Below are positions 16,189 through 26,339 of a stretch of 64,000 nt of DNA, piece after piece (position 1 is the stretch's first letter; every line of letters starts with the position of its first letter). The stretch lies in the NCBI GenBank assembly GCA_963422565.1, contig OY730228.1:560622-624621 (forward strand), given 5' to 3'. The notes under the pieces are model-generated. The model ran no database searches, was not told the DNA's origin, and saw only the letters and a program-made list of their open reading frames with translations. This DNA comes from Alphaproteobacteria bacterium. GTDB lineage: Bacteria; Pseudomonadota; Alphaproteobacteria; MPNO01. The translations under genes and the position numbers were made by a program.

Positions 16189-17719
16189 CGGCGCTCGGGC
16201 CGTTCCGGCGCGGCTCAACCTCTGCCAGCTGGTCCTCGACGACGCGGTCGGGCGCGGGTTCGGCGAGAGGACGGCGCTTCTCTGGGACGGCGGTTCGATC
16301 ACCTATGCGGGTCTCCTCGATCATGTGCGCCGGCTCGCCGGCGCGCTCGCCGAGCGCGGGATCGGACGCGGAACGCCGGTTCTCGTCCGCCTTTCGAACG
16401 GCGTCGAGTTCGCGTCGAGCTTTCTCGCCCTCTGCCGGCTCGGCGCGCTGCCCGTCCTGCAGAACTCGGCTCTGAGCCGGTCGGAGGTCGCCGATGTGGC
16501 GGCGCATAGCGGTGCCGAGGCCGCGATCTCCTTCGCCGCCGTCGCCGATCCGCTGCTTGACGGCGTCGGCCGCCCGGACGTGCTCCTGTGGCGGGGCGGC
16601 AGGCCGGGAGCGACGGAGATCGCGCCGCTGATCGCGCGCGCATCGGCCTGGGGCGCGCCCGCCGATACGGCGGCGGACGAGCCCGCCTTCATCGTCTACA
16701 GCTCGGGCACGACCGGCCGGCCGAAAGGGATCGTGCATGCGCAGCGCTGGGTCGCCGCCCTGGCCGCCGCCAACCGCTACCGCGTTCCGCCGAGACCCGG
16801 CGACGTGGCCCTGGCGACGGGCGAATGGAGCTTCATCAGCGCGCTCGGCCACAATTTGCTGTTCCCTCTGACGAACGGCGTCGCCGGGGCGATCCTCGAA
16901 GGGCGCGCGCATCCCGAGCGCGTGCTGCGGGCGGTGGAGACGTTCGGAGTGACGCTGCTCTACTCGGTCGCGACGGTCTATCGGCGCATTCTCGCGCTTC
17001 CCGGTATCGAGCGGCGCTTCGACCTTTCGAGCCTGCGCGGCTGCAGCGCCACGGGCGAGTCGCTGGCCCGTGCGACCTGGGAGGAGTTCGAACGGCGCAT
17101 CGGCTGCGAGATCTGGGAGCATTACGGGGTCTCGGAAATGCAGATGGTCCTGGGCCAGGGGCCCCGGCATCCGGTCCGGCCCGGCTCGATCGGCCGCCCC
17201 GTGCCGGGCACCCGAGTCGCCGTGTGCGGCGACGACTATCGGGAGCTTCCGCCCGGCGAGATCGGACGCTTCCTCATCGCCGCCGACAATCCGGGGCTCT
17301 TCCTGGGCTATCACCGCGACGCGGAGGCGACCGCGCGGGCGGTCCATGACGGCTGGTACCATAGCGGCGACCTCGCCTGGCGCGACGCGGACGGCTATTA
17401 CTGGATCGCCGGTCGCGAGGACGACTGCTTCAAGAGCAGGGGCATCTTCATCTCGCCGGCCGAGATCGAGGACGCGCTGCGCCGTCATCCGGCCGTCGCC
17501 GAGGCCTGCGTCGTCCCGCTGCCGGATCCGGAGATCGGCAACCGAATCCGCGCCGTCGTCGTCGCCCGCTCTCCCGCCATGGCCGATGACGGGCTCCGCG
17601 CGCGTATCCGCGCCAGCCTTGCGGAACGACTCGCGCCCTACAAGATCCCGCACATGGTCGAGATCGTCGATTCGCTGCCGATGAGCCCCGTCGGCAAGGT
17701 CCTGCGCCGGCTGGTCTGA
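16181..17719 (+). CDS. Acyl/aryl-CoA ligase (benzoate-CoA ligase-like)
   Basis: YSSGTTGRPKG, WEHYGVSE, WYHSGDLAWRD, GREDDCFKSRG, PMSPVGKV. Overlaps the crotonase stop. Confidence 0.92.
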   Translation: MADGARAVPARLNLCQLVLDDAVGRGFGERTALLWDGGSITYAGLLDHVRRLAGALAERGIGRGTPVLVRLSNGVEFASSFLALCRLGALPVLQNSALSRSEVADVAAHSGAEAAISFAAVADPLLDGVGRPDVLLWRGGRPGATEIAPLIARASAWGAPADTAADEPAFIVYSSGTTGRPKGIVHAQRWVAALAAANRYRVPPRPGDVALATGEWSFISALGHNLLFPLTNGVAGAILEGRAHPERVLRAVETFGVTLLYSVATVYRRILALPGIERRFDLSSLRGCSATGESLARATWEEFERRIGCEIWEHYGVSEMQMVLGQGPRHPVRPGSIGRPVPGTRVAVCGDDYRELPPGEIGRFLIAADNPGLFLGYHRDAEATARAVHDGWYHSGDLAWRDADGYYWIAGREDDCFKSRGIFISPAEIEDALRRHPAVAEACVVPLPDPEIGNRIRAVVVARSPAMADDGLRARIRASLAERLAPYKIPHMVEIVDSLPMSPVGKVLRRLV

Positions 17720-17828
17720 TCCGCGAGAGAGCCGATCCGGACGGTGTCTTCTTCATTCGCGATCGTCGGAAACGCGCCCTCGCGGCGTTCGGCCGCGAGC
17801 GGCGCCGCGGCGCCGGCGGAAAGCGCGC

Positions 17829-18056
17829 TCATTGCCCGGCTCCCCCGAAGAGCCGCAGCAGGCCGACGATCAGGGCGGCGTTTCCGAGCGCGAGGCCGAA
17901 GCCGAACTTCACCATGCGGGTCTCAAACCCGGCGATACGGATATCGATCCGGGCTTCGAGCGCGGCGAGGTCGGCCTTGGTGGCGAGATCGCCCTGTCCG
18001 TCGCGGATGGCATCGGCGGTGGCTCCCGCCTGCTCTCGGGTGAAGGCGGCGGTCAT
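17829..18056 (-). CDS. Second DUF1640/CCDC90-like protein, N-terminally shortened (possible pseudogene)
   Basis: AFTREQAGATADAIRD...LATKADLAALEARI...FETRMVK followed by a TM tail. Lacks the FDTLxAxxxL start seen in the first copy. Confidence 0.7.
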   Translation of the reverse strand: MTAAFTREQAGATADAIRDGQGDLATKADLAALEARIDIRIAGFETRMVKFGFGLALGNAALIVGLLRLFGGAGQ

Positions 18057-18321
18057 CGGGCGTATCCCGTGCGGCGGACGAGCTCGCGGTTCTCGGCGAT
18101 GAGTTCGCGCAGCGCCGTCATGGATTCATCCTGGCGTTGGTCCCGTTCGCGGGCGCGCTGCTGTCCTTGGCGCTACATCGCGCGGATACCGTACATAGGA
18201 TGGCGATCCGGCCGATGCCCGTCGCCCTCGACGGACGGCAGGGCGGCGGAAGCCGCGAGACCGAAGGCGGACGGTCGCCGCCCTTCCATCGGGTCGAGAA
18301 AGACCGAGACCCGGAACGCAC

Positions 18322-18771
18322 TCATCGCGGCCGCCGGCGGACGAAATGGAGGCCGGTCAGCCGCATGACCGCCTCGCCGCGCTGGTTGCGCGTCTCGTAG
18401 GAAATGCGCACCGCATCGCGTCCGCCGTTCTCGGGCGCCGGCGACAGCGCGACCACTTCGGCCGAGACCTTCAACCGGTCGCCGGCGCGGACCGGCTTGA
18501 GCCAGCGCAGCCCGTCGATCCCCGGAGAGCCCATCCCGCAGGCGCGGAAGACGCCGGTGCGGACGAACAGGCCGAAGGTCAGAGCGGCGGTGAGATATCC
18601 GGGCGCGACGATCCCGCCGAACATCGACCCTGCGGCGGCCTCGGGATCGGTGTGATAGGGAAGCGGCGCATAGCGCTCGCCGAAGGCGACGATCTCCGCC
18701 TCCGTGACGGTCGCCTCGGCGCTGTCGAAGACCTGGCCGAGATGGAAGTCCTCGAAATAGAGATCTCCCAT
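18322..18771 (-). CDS. MaoC-family dehydratase (hot-dog fold)
   Basis: LYFEDFHLGQ, YAPLPYHTDPEAA, FGGIVAPG, LRWLKPVRAGD. Confidence 0.92.
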   Translation of the reverse strand: MGDLYFEDFHLGQVFDSAEATVTEAEIVAFGERYAPLPYHTDPEAAAGSMFGGIVAPGYLTAALTFGLFVRTGVFRACGMGSPGIDGLRWLKPVRAGDRLKVSAEVVALSPAPENGGRDAVRISYETRNQRGEAVMRLTGLHFVRRRPR

Positions 18772-18780
18772 TCGCTCGGC

Positions 18781-21700
18781 TCACGCGGCGAGGGCCGAGA
18801 ACCGATCGACCAGCCGTCTGACCCCGGCGATCCGCTCGGCACCCTTCGACCAGCCCCGCCGAAACACCAGGCGTTGATCGGGGCGGAGCGAAGCTCTTCC
18901 GGCTTCGTCGCGAATGAACCCCACCAGCGCCGCCGGATCGGCGACCCCGTCGGCGCGAAAGGTCAGAAGGGCCCCGTTCGGCCCGGCTTCGACCTTCTCG
19001 ATGCCGGCGCGGCGGCAAGAGAGCTTGATGGCGACCACCTGCAACAGGGTCTCGACCTCCGCGGGCAGCGCGCCGAACCGGTCGACCAGCTCCGCGCCGA
19101 AGGCAGCGATCTCGCGGTCGTCCTCGAGCCGCGCGATCCGGCGATAGAGGCCGAGCCGGACATCGAGATCCGCAACATAGCCGTCGGGGATCAGGACCGG
19201 CAAACCGAGCGATATCTGCGGCGTCCAGCCGGCGTCCCGGACGTCCGGGTCTCCCCGCGCTTCCGAGACGGCTTCCTCGAGCATCCGCTGATAGAGCTCC
19301 ACCCCGACCTCGCGGATATGGCCGGACTGCGCCTCGCCGAGGAGATTGCCGGCGCCCCTTATGTCGAGATCGTGGCTCGCCAGCGCGAACCCCGCGCCCA
19401 GCGTGTCGAGGGTCTGCATCACTTCGAGCCGCTTCCGCGCCGCCTCGCTCAACGGACGGTCGGCCGGCAGAGTCAGATAGCAATAGGCGCGCAGCCGGGA
19501 TCGGCCGACCCGGCCGCGGAGCTGATAGAGCTGCGCGAGCCCGAACATGTCCGCGCGGTGGACGATGAGCGTGTTCGCGCGCGGGATGTCGAGCCCGGAC
19601 TCGATGATCTGGGTCGAAACCAGCAGGTCGGTCCCGCCTTCGTAGAAGGCGGCCATCGTATCCTCGAGCACCCGCTTTCCCATGCGTCCGTGGGCGGCGG
19701 CGATCCGCACCCCGGGAAGAAGCTCGGCGAGCCGTTCGACCATCCCTCCGAGATGCTCGATGCGGGGGCAGACATAGAAGACCTGTCCGCCGCGATAGAC
19801 TTCCCGCATCACCGCCTCGCGAACGATCACCGGATCGGTCGGGAGCACGAAGGTGCGAACGGCGAGGCGGTCGACCGGCGGCGTCGCGATCACGCTCATC
19901 TCGCGGACCCCGCTGAGCGCGAGTTGGAGCGTGCGCGGGATCGGGGTCGCGGTCAGCGACAGGACATGGACATCGGCCTTGAGCCGCTTCAGCCGCTCCT
20001 TGTGGGCGACCCCGAAATGCTGCTCCTCGTCGACGACCAGGAGAGCGAGGTTGCGGAAGACCACCCCCTTTCCGAGCAGGGCGTGGGTACCGATGACGAT
20101 GTCGACCGTCCCGTCGGCGAGGCCGGCCCTGGTCGCCGCCGCCTCTTTCGTGCCGACGAGGCGGGAGAGTCGCCCGATCCGCACCGCGGTCTCCGCGAAG
20201 CGCGCCTGGAAGGTCTCGTAATGCTGGCGGGACAACAGCGTGGTCGGCACCACCACCGCGACCTGGCCCCCGGCATGGACGGTGTTGAACGCCGCCCGCA
20301 ACGCGATCTCGGTCTTCCCGAAACCGACATCGCCGCAGACGAGCCGGTCCATCGGCCGACCGCTCGACAGGTCCGCCAGAGTCTCCTCGATCGCGCTCTC
20401 CTGATCCTCCGTCTCGACGAACGGGAAACGCGCGCAGAACTCCTCGTAGAGGCCCGGCACCCTGTCGATCCGCAGCGCCGCATCGACCTTGCGCCTGGCC
20501 GCGACCTCGATCAGCCCGCCCGCCATGTCCAACAGGCGCTTCTTGAGCCTGGCCTTGCGCTGCTGCCATCCCCCCTCCCCCAGCCGGTCCAACGCGACCG
20601 CGCCATCGGCGGACCCGTATCGGGAGAGCATGTCCAGACTCTCGACCGGAACGTAGAGGCGGCCGCCGCCGCCATAGGTAAGCCGCAGACAGTCATGCGG
20701 CGCGCCGAGGGCGACCACCGTCTCGAGCCCGTCATAGCGGCCGATACCGTGCTCGGCGTGGACGACGAGATCGCCGGCCGCCAGCTCCCCGATGTCGGCG
20801 ATGAGGTCGGATGCGCGGCGCCGGCGCCGGCGCGGCCGGACCAGCCGCTCGCCCAGGATATCCTGCTCGCCGATGACGACGAGATCGGCGGTCTGGAATC
20901 CCTGCTCGATCCCGAGCACCACGAGAGCGGTGGCGCCGCGCGGCAACGCCTCGACCTCCGGCCAGCTTTCGGCGGCGGCGAGCCCGGTCAGCCCATGCTC
21001 GGCGAGGAGCTGCCCCAGGCGGTCCCGCGACCCGGCGCTGTAGCCGGCAATGGCGACCCGGCGGCCCTGGCCGCGATGCGCCCGCACAGCCTCGCGCACC
21101 CGGTCGAAGACATTGGCGTCGGCCAGACCATCATCGCTGCGCGGCGCGTTCCGGCGGGCGGCGGAAAAGCCGGGGATAAGGATACCTCCGAAATCGGCGA
21201 CCGAATCGTAGCCGCCGACGGCGACGTCGTCCGGTGCGCGAAACGGCTGGAACCAGCCGACCGACCTCCGGTCGAGCGCCGCCTTCCAATTCGCCGCGTC
21301 CAGATAGAGGCTATCCGGCGGCAACGGCCGATAGGGCGCCGCGCCGGCGTCCAGACCGGCCGCACCGCTTCCGGCGAAGTCGCGGCGCGCCTGATAGAAC
21401 TCGTCGATCGACGCCAGCCGCGCCTCCCGCGCCGCCTCCGTGCCATGGTCCAGGGTGATCGCGGCGTCGGGCAGATAGTCGAAGACCGTGCTCATCGCGT
21501 CGTGGAACAAGGGCAGCCAATGCTCCATGCCGGGATGGCTGCGGCCCTCGCTGACGGACCGATAGAGCGGGTCGTCGCCGACGACCCCGAAGGCCTTGCG
21601 GTAGCCGCTGCGGAAGCGCGCGATGGCATCCGCATCCAGGGGCACTTCGCTCATCGGCGCCAGCGCCACCCGCCCGCATGCGCCGCCGCTTCGCTGGGTG

Positions 21701-22299
21701 GCGGCGTCGAAGCCGCGAATCCCTTCGATCCTGTCGCCGAACATGTCCAGCCGGACCGGTCGATCTCCACCCGCCGGGAAGATGTCGACAATGCCGCCGC
21801 GGATCGCGAACTCGCCGGGACCGCGAACCGTGCCGGTACGAACATAGCCGTCGCCCGCCAGCCGCGCCCGAAACCGGTCGAGGTCGATCTCGTCCCCCGG
21901 CGCGACCGCGATGCCGCGCGCGGCCATCGCCCGGGGCGGCGGCACGCGCTGCAACGCGGCGTTGACCGTGGTCAGCACCACCAGCGGCGCGCGTTCGGTC
22001 CGCCGCGCCAGCCGGCACAGCGTCCGGGCGCGCTCGCCGGCGACCTCCCCGGCCGGAGAGACCCGGTCATAGGGCAGGCAGTCCCAGGCAGGGAGGCGGA
22101 GCGGGTCGATCCCCGGGGCGAAGAAACCCAGCGCCTCGGCGAGCCGGGCGAGCCGCATATCGTCGCGCGCGACATGGATGACGGCCGAGCCGCGCTCGCG
22201 GGCCGCCAGCTCGGCGATGACGCGGGCATCGGATCCCTCGGGGACGCCGGAGAACAGCGTGCGGCGGCCGCGGGCTGCGGAATCGCCCGGCTCAGGCAT
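18781..22299 (-). CDS. mfd: Transcription-repair coupling factor
   Basis: UvrB-like N-terminus, RID domain, CGDVGFGKTE, DEEQHFGV, TATPIPRT, QLRGRVGRS, TRCF C-terminus. Confidence 0.98.
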   Translation of the reverse strand: MPEPGDSAARGRRTLFSGVPEGSDARVIAELAARERGSAVIHVARDDMRLARLAEALGFFAPGIDPLRLPAWDCLPYDRVSPAGEVAGERARTLCRLARRTERAPLVVLTTVNAALQRVPPPRAMAARGIAVAPGDEIDLDRFRARLAGDGYVRTGTVRGPGEFAIRGGIVDIFPAGGDRPVRLDMFGDRIEGIRGFDAATQRSGGACGRVALAPMSEVPLDADAIARFRSGYRKAFGVVGDDPLYRSVSEGRSHPGMEHWLPLFHDAMSTVFDYLPDAAITLDHGTEAAREARLASIDEFYQARRDFAGSGAAGLDAGAAPYRPLPPDSLYLDAANWKAALDRRSVGWFQPFRAPDDVAVGGYDSVADFGGILIPGFSAARRNAPRSDDGLADANVFDRVREAVRAHRGQGRRVAIAGYSAGSRDRLGQLLAEHGLTGLAAAESWPEVEALPRGATALVVLGIEQGFQTADLVVIGEQDILGERLVRPRRRRRRASDLIADIGELAAGDLVVHAEHGIGRYDGLETVVALGAPHDCLRLTYGGGGRLYVPVESLDMLSRYGSADGAVALDRLGEGGWQQRKARLKKRLLDMAGGLIEVAARRKVDAALRIDRVPGLYEEFCARFPFVETEDQESAIEETLADLSSGRPMDRLVCGDVGFGKTEIALRAAFNTVHAGGQVAVVVPTTLLSRQHYETFQARFAETAVRIGRLSRLVGTKEAAATRAGLADGTVDIVIGTHALLGKGVVFRNLALLVVDEEQHFGVAHKERLKRLKADVHVLSLTATPIPRTLQLALSGVREMSVIATPPVDRLAVRTFVLPTDPVIVREAVMREVYRGGQVFYVCPRIEHLGGMVERLAELLPGVRIAAAHGRMGKRVLEDTMAAFYEGGTDLLVSTQIIESGLDIPRANTLIVHRADMFGLAQLYQLRGRVGRSRLRAYCYLTLPADRPLSEAARKRLEVMQTLDTLGAGFALASHDLDIRGAGNLLGEAQSGHIREVGVELYQRMLEEAVSEARGDPDVRDAGWTPQISLGLPVLIPDGYVADLDVRLGLYRRIARLEDDREIAAFGAELVDRFGALPAEVETLLQVVAIKLSCRRAGIEKVEAGPNGALLTFRADGVADPAALVGFIRDEAGRASLRPDQRLVFRRGWSKGAERIAGVRRLVDRFSALAA

Positions 22300-22564
22300 C
22301 GCCGTCCCCCGGCCGGAGGGACTTCCTATAGGCTCTCAACATCGCCATGACGTCGTTGTCGTGGGCGGTCGGGACCGGTTCCAGACCGATCGCCCAGGAC
22401 AGGAGATCGGGATCCGGCTGTTCGAGCAGAGTCTCGAACCGTCCGAGCTGGGTCTCGTCCATGGCCTCCAGATGGCGCAGGGCGAAGCCGCCGATGACCA
22501 GATCGCTCTCCTTGGACCCCCTGCGCAAGCTGCGAAACAGGAGGCGTTTGCGGCGAGTTTCCAC
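22292..22564 (-). CDS. sdhE: Succinate dehydrogenase FAD assembly factor
   Basis: RRKRLLFRSLRRGSKESDLVIGGFA...LLEQPDPDLLSW; conserved position between mfd and recG. GTG start inferred. Confidence 0.9.
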   Translation of the reverse strand: METRRKRLLFRSLRRGSKESDLVIGGFALRHLEAMDETQLGRFETLLEQPDPDLLSWAIGLEPVPTAHDNDVMAMLRAYRKSLRPGDGDA

Positions 22565-22675
22565 GGTTCCGCGCGGCAGGCCGATGTCCCGAATCGTCGA
22601 GGGTATAGACTGTCGGCGCCCGCCTGTCAGCCTCGCCGGGGCGGCGACAATGTTCGGCGAGGCCTCCACAGCGTC

Positions 22676-24757
22676 ATGCGCCCTCGGATCCTATTCCCTC
22701 TCTTCGCCCCCGTCGGTTCGCTTCGGGGTATCGGACCCAGGTCGGAAAAGGCGATCGCGCGCCTCTGCGGGCCGCGAACGGCGGACCTCCTGTGGCATCT
22801 CCCCTCGGGCATGGTCGATCGCCGTCTCTCGCCGAGGCTCGCCGACGCGGTCGAGAAGAGCATCGTGACGGTGGCCGTCGAGATCGATCGCCATATTCCT
22901 CCGGCGGCGCCCCGGTCGCCCCACCGCGTCGTCTGTCATGACGAGTCGGCGGCGCTGGATCTGGTCTTCTTCAACGCCAGGAAGGAGCATCTCGCCGACC
23001 GGCTCCCGGTGGGCGCACGGCGGATCGTCAGCGGCCGGCTCGAGCGCTATCGCGAACGTCTCCAGATGACCCATCCGGACCATATCGGACTCCCGGAAGA
23101 GATGGCGGCGCTCAAGCGCGTCGAACCCGTCTACCCGCTCGGTTCCGGACTCACTGCCAGGCAGGTCTCTCGAGCGGTCGATGCGGCGCTGAACCGGCTT
23201 CCCGCCCTCCCGGAATGGGACGATCCGGGCTGGGTGGCGGCGCGCGGCTGGCCCCGCTGGCATGACGCGCTGCGCCGCGTGCACGCCCCCGAAGGGGCGG
23301 AAGACCTCGAACCCGCGGCGCCGGCGCGGCAACGCCTCGCATATGACGAGCTGCTCGCCAACCAGCTGGCGTTGGGGCTCCTTCGACAGCGCCGCCGCAG
23401 CCGTCCCGGCCGGAGGCTCCCGCCCAGCGTCGAGCTGGTTCCCGCCGCACGGCGGAGCCTCGGCTTCACGCTCACGGACGGCCAAGAACGCGCGATCGCC
23501 GAGCTCGCCGCCGATCTCGCTGCGCCGGCGCCCATGGTCCGCCTCCTCCAGGGGGATGTCGGGAGCGGAAAGACCGTCGTCGCGCTGCTCGCCATGCTCC
23601 AGGCGGTCGAGGCCGGCGCCCAGGCCGCGTTGATGGCGCCCACCGAAATCCTCGCCCGCCAACATTTCGCGACGATCGCGCCGGTGGTCGCGCATATCGG
23701 GATCGCTGCCGTACAGGTCACCGGGCGCGAACGCGGCGGCGTCCGGGAGCGAAATCTGACGGCGCTCCGTTCGGGAGAGGCCGCGATCGCCGTCGGCACC
23801 CATGCCCTCCAGGAAGACGCCGTCGCCTTCGCCGACCTGGCGGTCGCTGTGATCGACGAACAGCACCGGTTCGGCGTCGACCATCGGGTCAGGCTCGTCG
23901 ACAAGGGACACGCGGTCGACATGCTGGTCATGACCGCCACGCCGATCCCACGCACCCTCACCATGGCGGCCTATGGCGACATGGACGTTTCGCGTCTCGT
24001 CGAGAAGCCTGCCGGGCGCCGGCCGGTCGACACCAGGGTCCTCCCCCTCGAACGGCTCGACGAGATCGTGGCGGGGCTGCGGGGCGCGGTAGCGCGCGGC
24101 GCGCGCGTCTACTGGGTCTGTCCCCTGGTGGAGGCCTCAGAGCATGTCGATCTCTCGGCGGCCACCGAACGCTGCGCCGCGCTGACCGACTCTTTCGACG
24201 GCCGGGTCGCGCTCCTGCACGGGCGCATGAAAGGGCCGGAGAAGGATCGGGTCATGGCCCGGTTCGCTGGCGGCGAGATCGATATCCTCGTCGCCACGAC
24301 GGTGATCGAGGTAGGCCTCGACATCGCGGACGCCACCGTGATGGTGGTCGAGCATGCCGAGCGCTTCGGGTTGGCGCAGCTGCATCAGCTGCGCGGCCGG
24401 GTCGGCCGCGGCGGCGCCGCGTCGTTCTGCCTGCTGCTCTACGGCAAGCCCCTCGGCTCGGCGGCCCGGGAAAGGCTGAACGTGCTCAGAGACACCGACG
24501 ACGGATTCCGGATCGCCGAAGAAGACCTGCGGCTGCGCGGCGCGGGCGAGATTCTCGGGACGCGGCAGTCCGGCCTCCCCGACTTCCGTCTGGCGAATCT
24601 CGCCGTTCATCGCGAGCTGCTCGAGGCGGCGGCCGACGACGCCCGCCTGATCGTCGCGCGCGATCCCGCGCTCGCGACACCGCGCGGCCAGGCCCTCCGA
24701 ACGCTGCTCTATCTCTTCGAACGCGACGCCGCGGTCAGAACGCTGAGATCCGGCTGA
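22676..24757 (+). CDS. recG: ATP-dependent DNA helicase RecG
   Basis: LQGDVGSGKT, DEQHRFGV, TATPIPRT, QLHQLRGRVGRG, TDDGFRIAEEDLRLRG. Confidence 0.98.
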   Translation: MRPRILFPLFAPVGSLRGIGPRSEKAIARLCGPRTADLLWHLPSGMVDRRLSPRLADAVEKSIVTVAVEIDRHIPPAAPRSPHRVVCHDESAALDLVFFNARKEHLADRLPVGARRIVSGRLERYRERLQMTHPDHIGLPEEMAALKRVEPVYPLGSGLTARQVSRAVDAALNRLPALPEWDDPGWVAARGWPRWHDALRRVHAPEGAEDLEPAAPARQRLAYDELLANQLALGLLRQRRRSRPGRRLPPSVELVPAARRSLGFTLTDGQERAIAELAADLAAPAPMVRLLQGDVGSGKTVVALLAMLQAVEAGAQAALMAPTEILARQHFATIAPVVAHIGIAAVQVTGRERGGVRERNLTALRSGEAAIAVGTHALQEDAVAFADLAVAVIDEQHRFGVDHRVRLVDKGHAVDMLVMTATPIPRTLTMAAYGDMDVSRLVEKPAGRRPVDTRVLPLERLDEIVAGLRGAVARGARVYWVCPLVEASEHVDLSAATERCAALTDSFDGRVALLHGRMKGPEKDRVMARFAGGEIDILVATTVIEVGLDIADATVMVVEHAERFGLAQLHQLRGRVGRGGAASFCLLLYGKPLGSAARERLNVLRDTDDGFRIAEEDLRLRGAGEILGTRQSGLPDFRLANLAVHRELLEAAADDARLIVARDPALATPRGQALRTLLYLFERDAAVRTLRSG

Positions 24758-25576
24758 TCACGCAGGGCGCCCGGGCGCGGCATCCCCATCGTCGACATCC
24801 GGGGGTCCGGCCGGAGCAGCGGCATCCCGGAAATGGGGAACCGTCGGTCGGTCGAGATCGGCCGATCCGACGCGTTTGACCACCCTCTCCCCCGGCGGGC
24901 GCCGGTCTTCCGGGGTAACGATGCCACCCGAGACGACCATCTTGATTCCCTCTTCGACGGTCATCGAGAGGATGACGAGCTCGCGCTTCGGAATGAAGAG
25001 CAGATATCCGGAAGTCGGGTTGGGGGTCGTCGGCAGGAAAACGTTGACCACCTCGTCCTCGGTCAGCTCCTGCACTTCTCCCATGGTCTGGCCGGTGATG
25101 AAGCCGAGCGCCCAGCTCCCCCGGCGCGGATACTCGAAGAGGACGACCTGGCGGAAGGCGTTGGACTTCTGGCGAAGCACGGTTTCGAAAATCTGCTTGG
25201 TCGCGCCGTAGACGCTGCGTATTACCGGCATGCGGGCCAGCAACCGCTCGGTCGTCGACACCCAGAGCCTGCCGACCGCGCCGGCCGCCATCGCGCCGAT
25301 CAGGGTCAACAGCACGAAGACGATCACGAGTCCGAGGCCGGGAAGGCTGAACGGCAGATAGTTTTCGGGGTTGTAGGCGGGCGGAATCAGCGGCGTGACC
25401 TTGCCGTCGATCCAGTCGATGATCAGCCAGGCGATATAGAAGGTGATGACGATGGGCGCGGTCACGAGAACGCCGGCGAAGAAATAGGCGCGGACGCGGC
25501 GCCCGACGAAGCCGCGGCGCGGACGCCGGGGACCGCCGGAGCCGGCCGCCGCGGTTCCTTCTCCGGTCTCGTCCAT
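24758..25576 (-). CDS. DUF502 membrane protein
   Basis: YFFAGVLVTAPIVIT, VVLFEYPRRG, VFLPTTPNPTSGYL, MTVEEGIKMVVSGG. Confidence 0.93.
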   Translation of the reverse strand: MDETGEGTAAAGSGGPRRPRRGFVGRRVRAYFFAGVLVTAPIVITFYIAWLIIDWIDGKVTPLIPPAYNPENYLPFSLPGLGLVIVFVLLTLIGAMAAGAVGRLWVSTTERLLARMPVIRSVYGATKQIFETVLRQKSNAFRQVVLFEYPRRGSWALGFITGQTMGEVQELTEDEVVNVFLPTTPNPTSGYLLFIPKRELVILSMTVEEGIKMVVSGGIVTPEDRRPPGERVVKRVGSADLDRPTVPHFRDAAAPAGPPDVDDGDAAPGRPA

Positions 25577-25786
25577 CCTCGCCTCTCCCAACAGTCCCGC
25601 TCCCGGAGGAGCGCCGCGCATTCGCCCGTCCGGCCGATAGCGGATCACCGAGCCGCGATCGGACTCCCCACCGGACGCCGAAAATCTAACCCGTCACGCC
25701 CCCGCGCTCCACAGGAAGACGGCGGGCCAGCGGCGGCGTTGCGCACTCGCCGGCTTTGCTATGTTGGCGGGCCGAACATGGAGGGA

Positions 25787-26284
25787 ATGATGAGAGGATT
25801 CGCGACGCTGGCAGCGGCGCTGCTGCTGATCCCGTTCACGACGATGGATCCGGCGCGGGCGATCGCCCCACCGTCGAGCCCCGGTCAGAAATCCGCGCCC
25901 TATGCGACGGCCCTGAAGGCGGTGGAAGCGGAAGACTATCGCGAGGCCGTCCGCCTGTTGAACGAGGTCGTCGCGGCGGAGCCGCGCAACGCGGACGCAT
26001 TGAACCATCTGGGTTTCAGCTATCGACGGCTCGGCCGTCTCAACGAAGCGGTCGCGGCGTATGCGCGCGCCCTGAAGGCGGATCCGGACCACCTGGGCGC
26101 GAACGAGTATCTGGGCCGCGCCCACCTCGCGCTTGGCCGCATCTCCGAGGCCGCGGCGCGCCTCGCGCATCTCTGGAATCTGTGCGGGCCGAGCTGCGAG
26201 GCCTATCGGTCTCTGAACCGTGCGATCGAGGCATACAAGGAAGGTGCCACACCCGGCGAGAAGCGGCGGCCCGGACGCTGGTAG
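25787..26284 (+). CDS. Secreted tetratricopeptide-repeat protein
   Basis: GGAGGG RBS; signal peptide; TPRs (NADALNHLGFSYRRLG, HLGANEYLGRAHL); C-terminal CxxxC. Confidence 0.85.
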   Translation: MMRGFATLAAALLLIPFTTMDPARAIAPPSSPGQKSAPYATALKAVEAEDYREAVRLLNEVVAAEPRNADALNHLGFSYRRLGRLNEAVAAYARALKADPDHLGANEYLGRAHLALGRISEAAARLAHLWNLCGPSCEAYRSLNRAIEAYKEGATPGEKRRPGRW

Positions 26285-26339
26285 GCTTCGAACGCCGGGC
26301 GGCGGCGGTGTCTCGTCGTGTGACGGCGGCGACGGCCGG

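Noticed and set aside
17800-17815. Perfect 16-bp palindrome CGGCGCCGCGGCGCCG
   Set aside because: It is pure G/C in a very GC-rich genome, so likely chance. At most it contributes to termination between convergent genes.
18346-22350. Very long opposite-strand or alternate-frame ORFs (for example 18346..22350, 29663..31729, 39235..41184, 47013..49256 and the 5' extension of 8274..11510)
   Set aside because: These are shadow ORFs of well-identified genes, expected at about 70% GC, and they carry no domain motifs.
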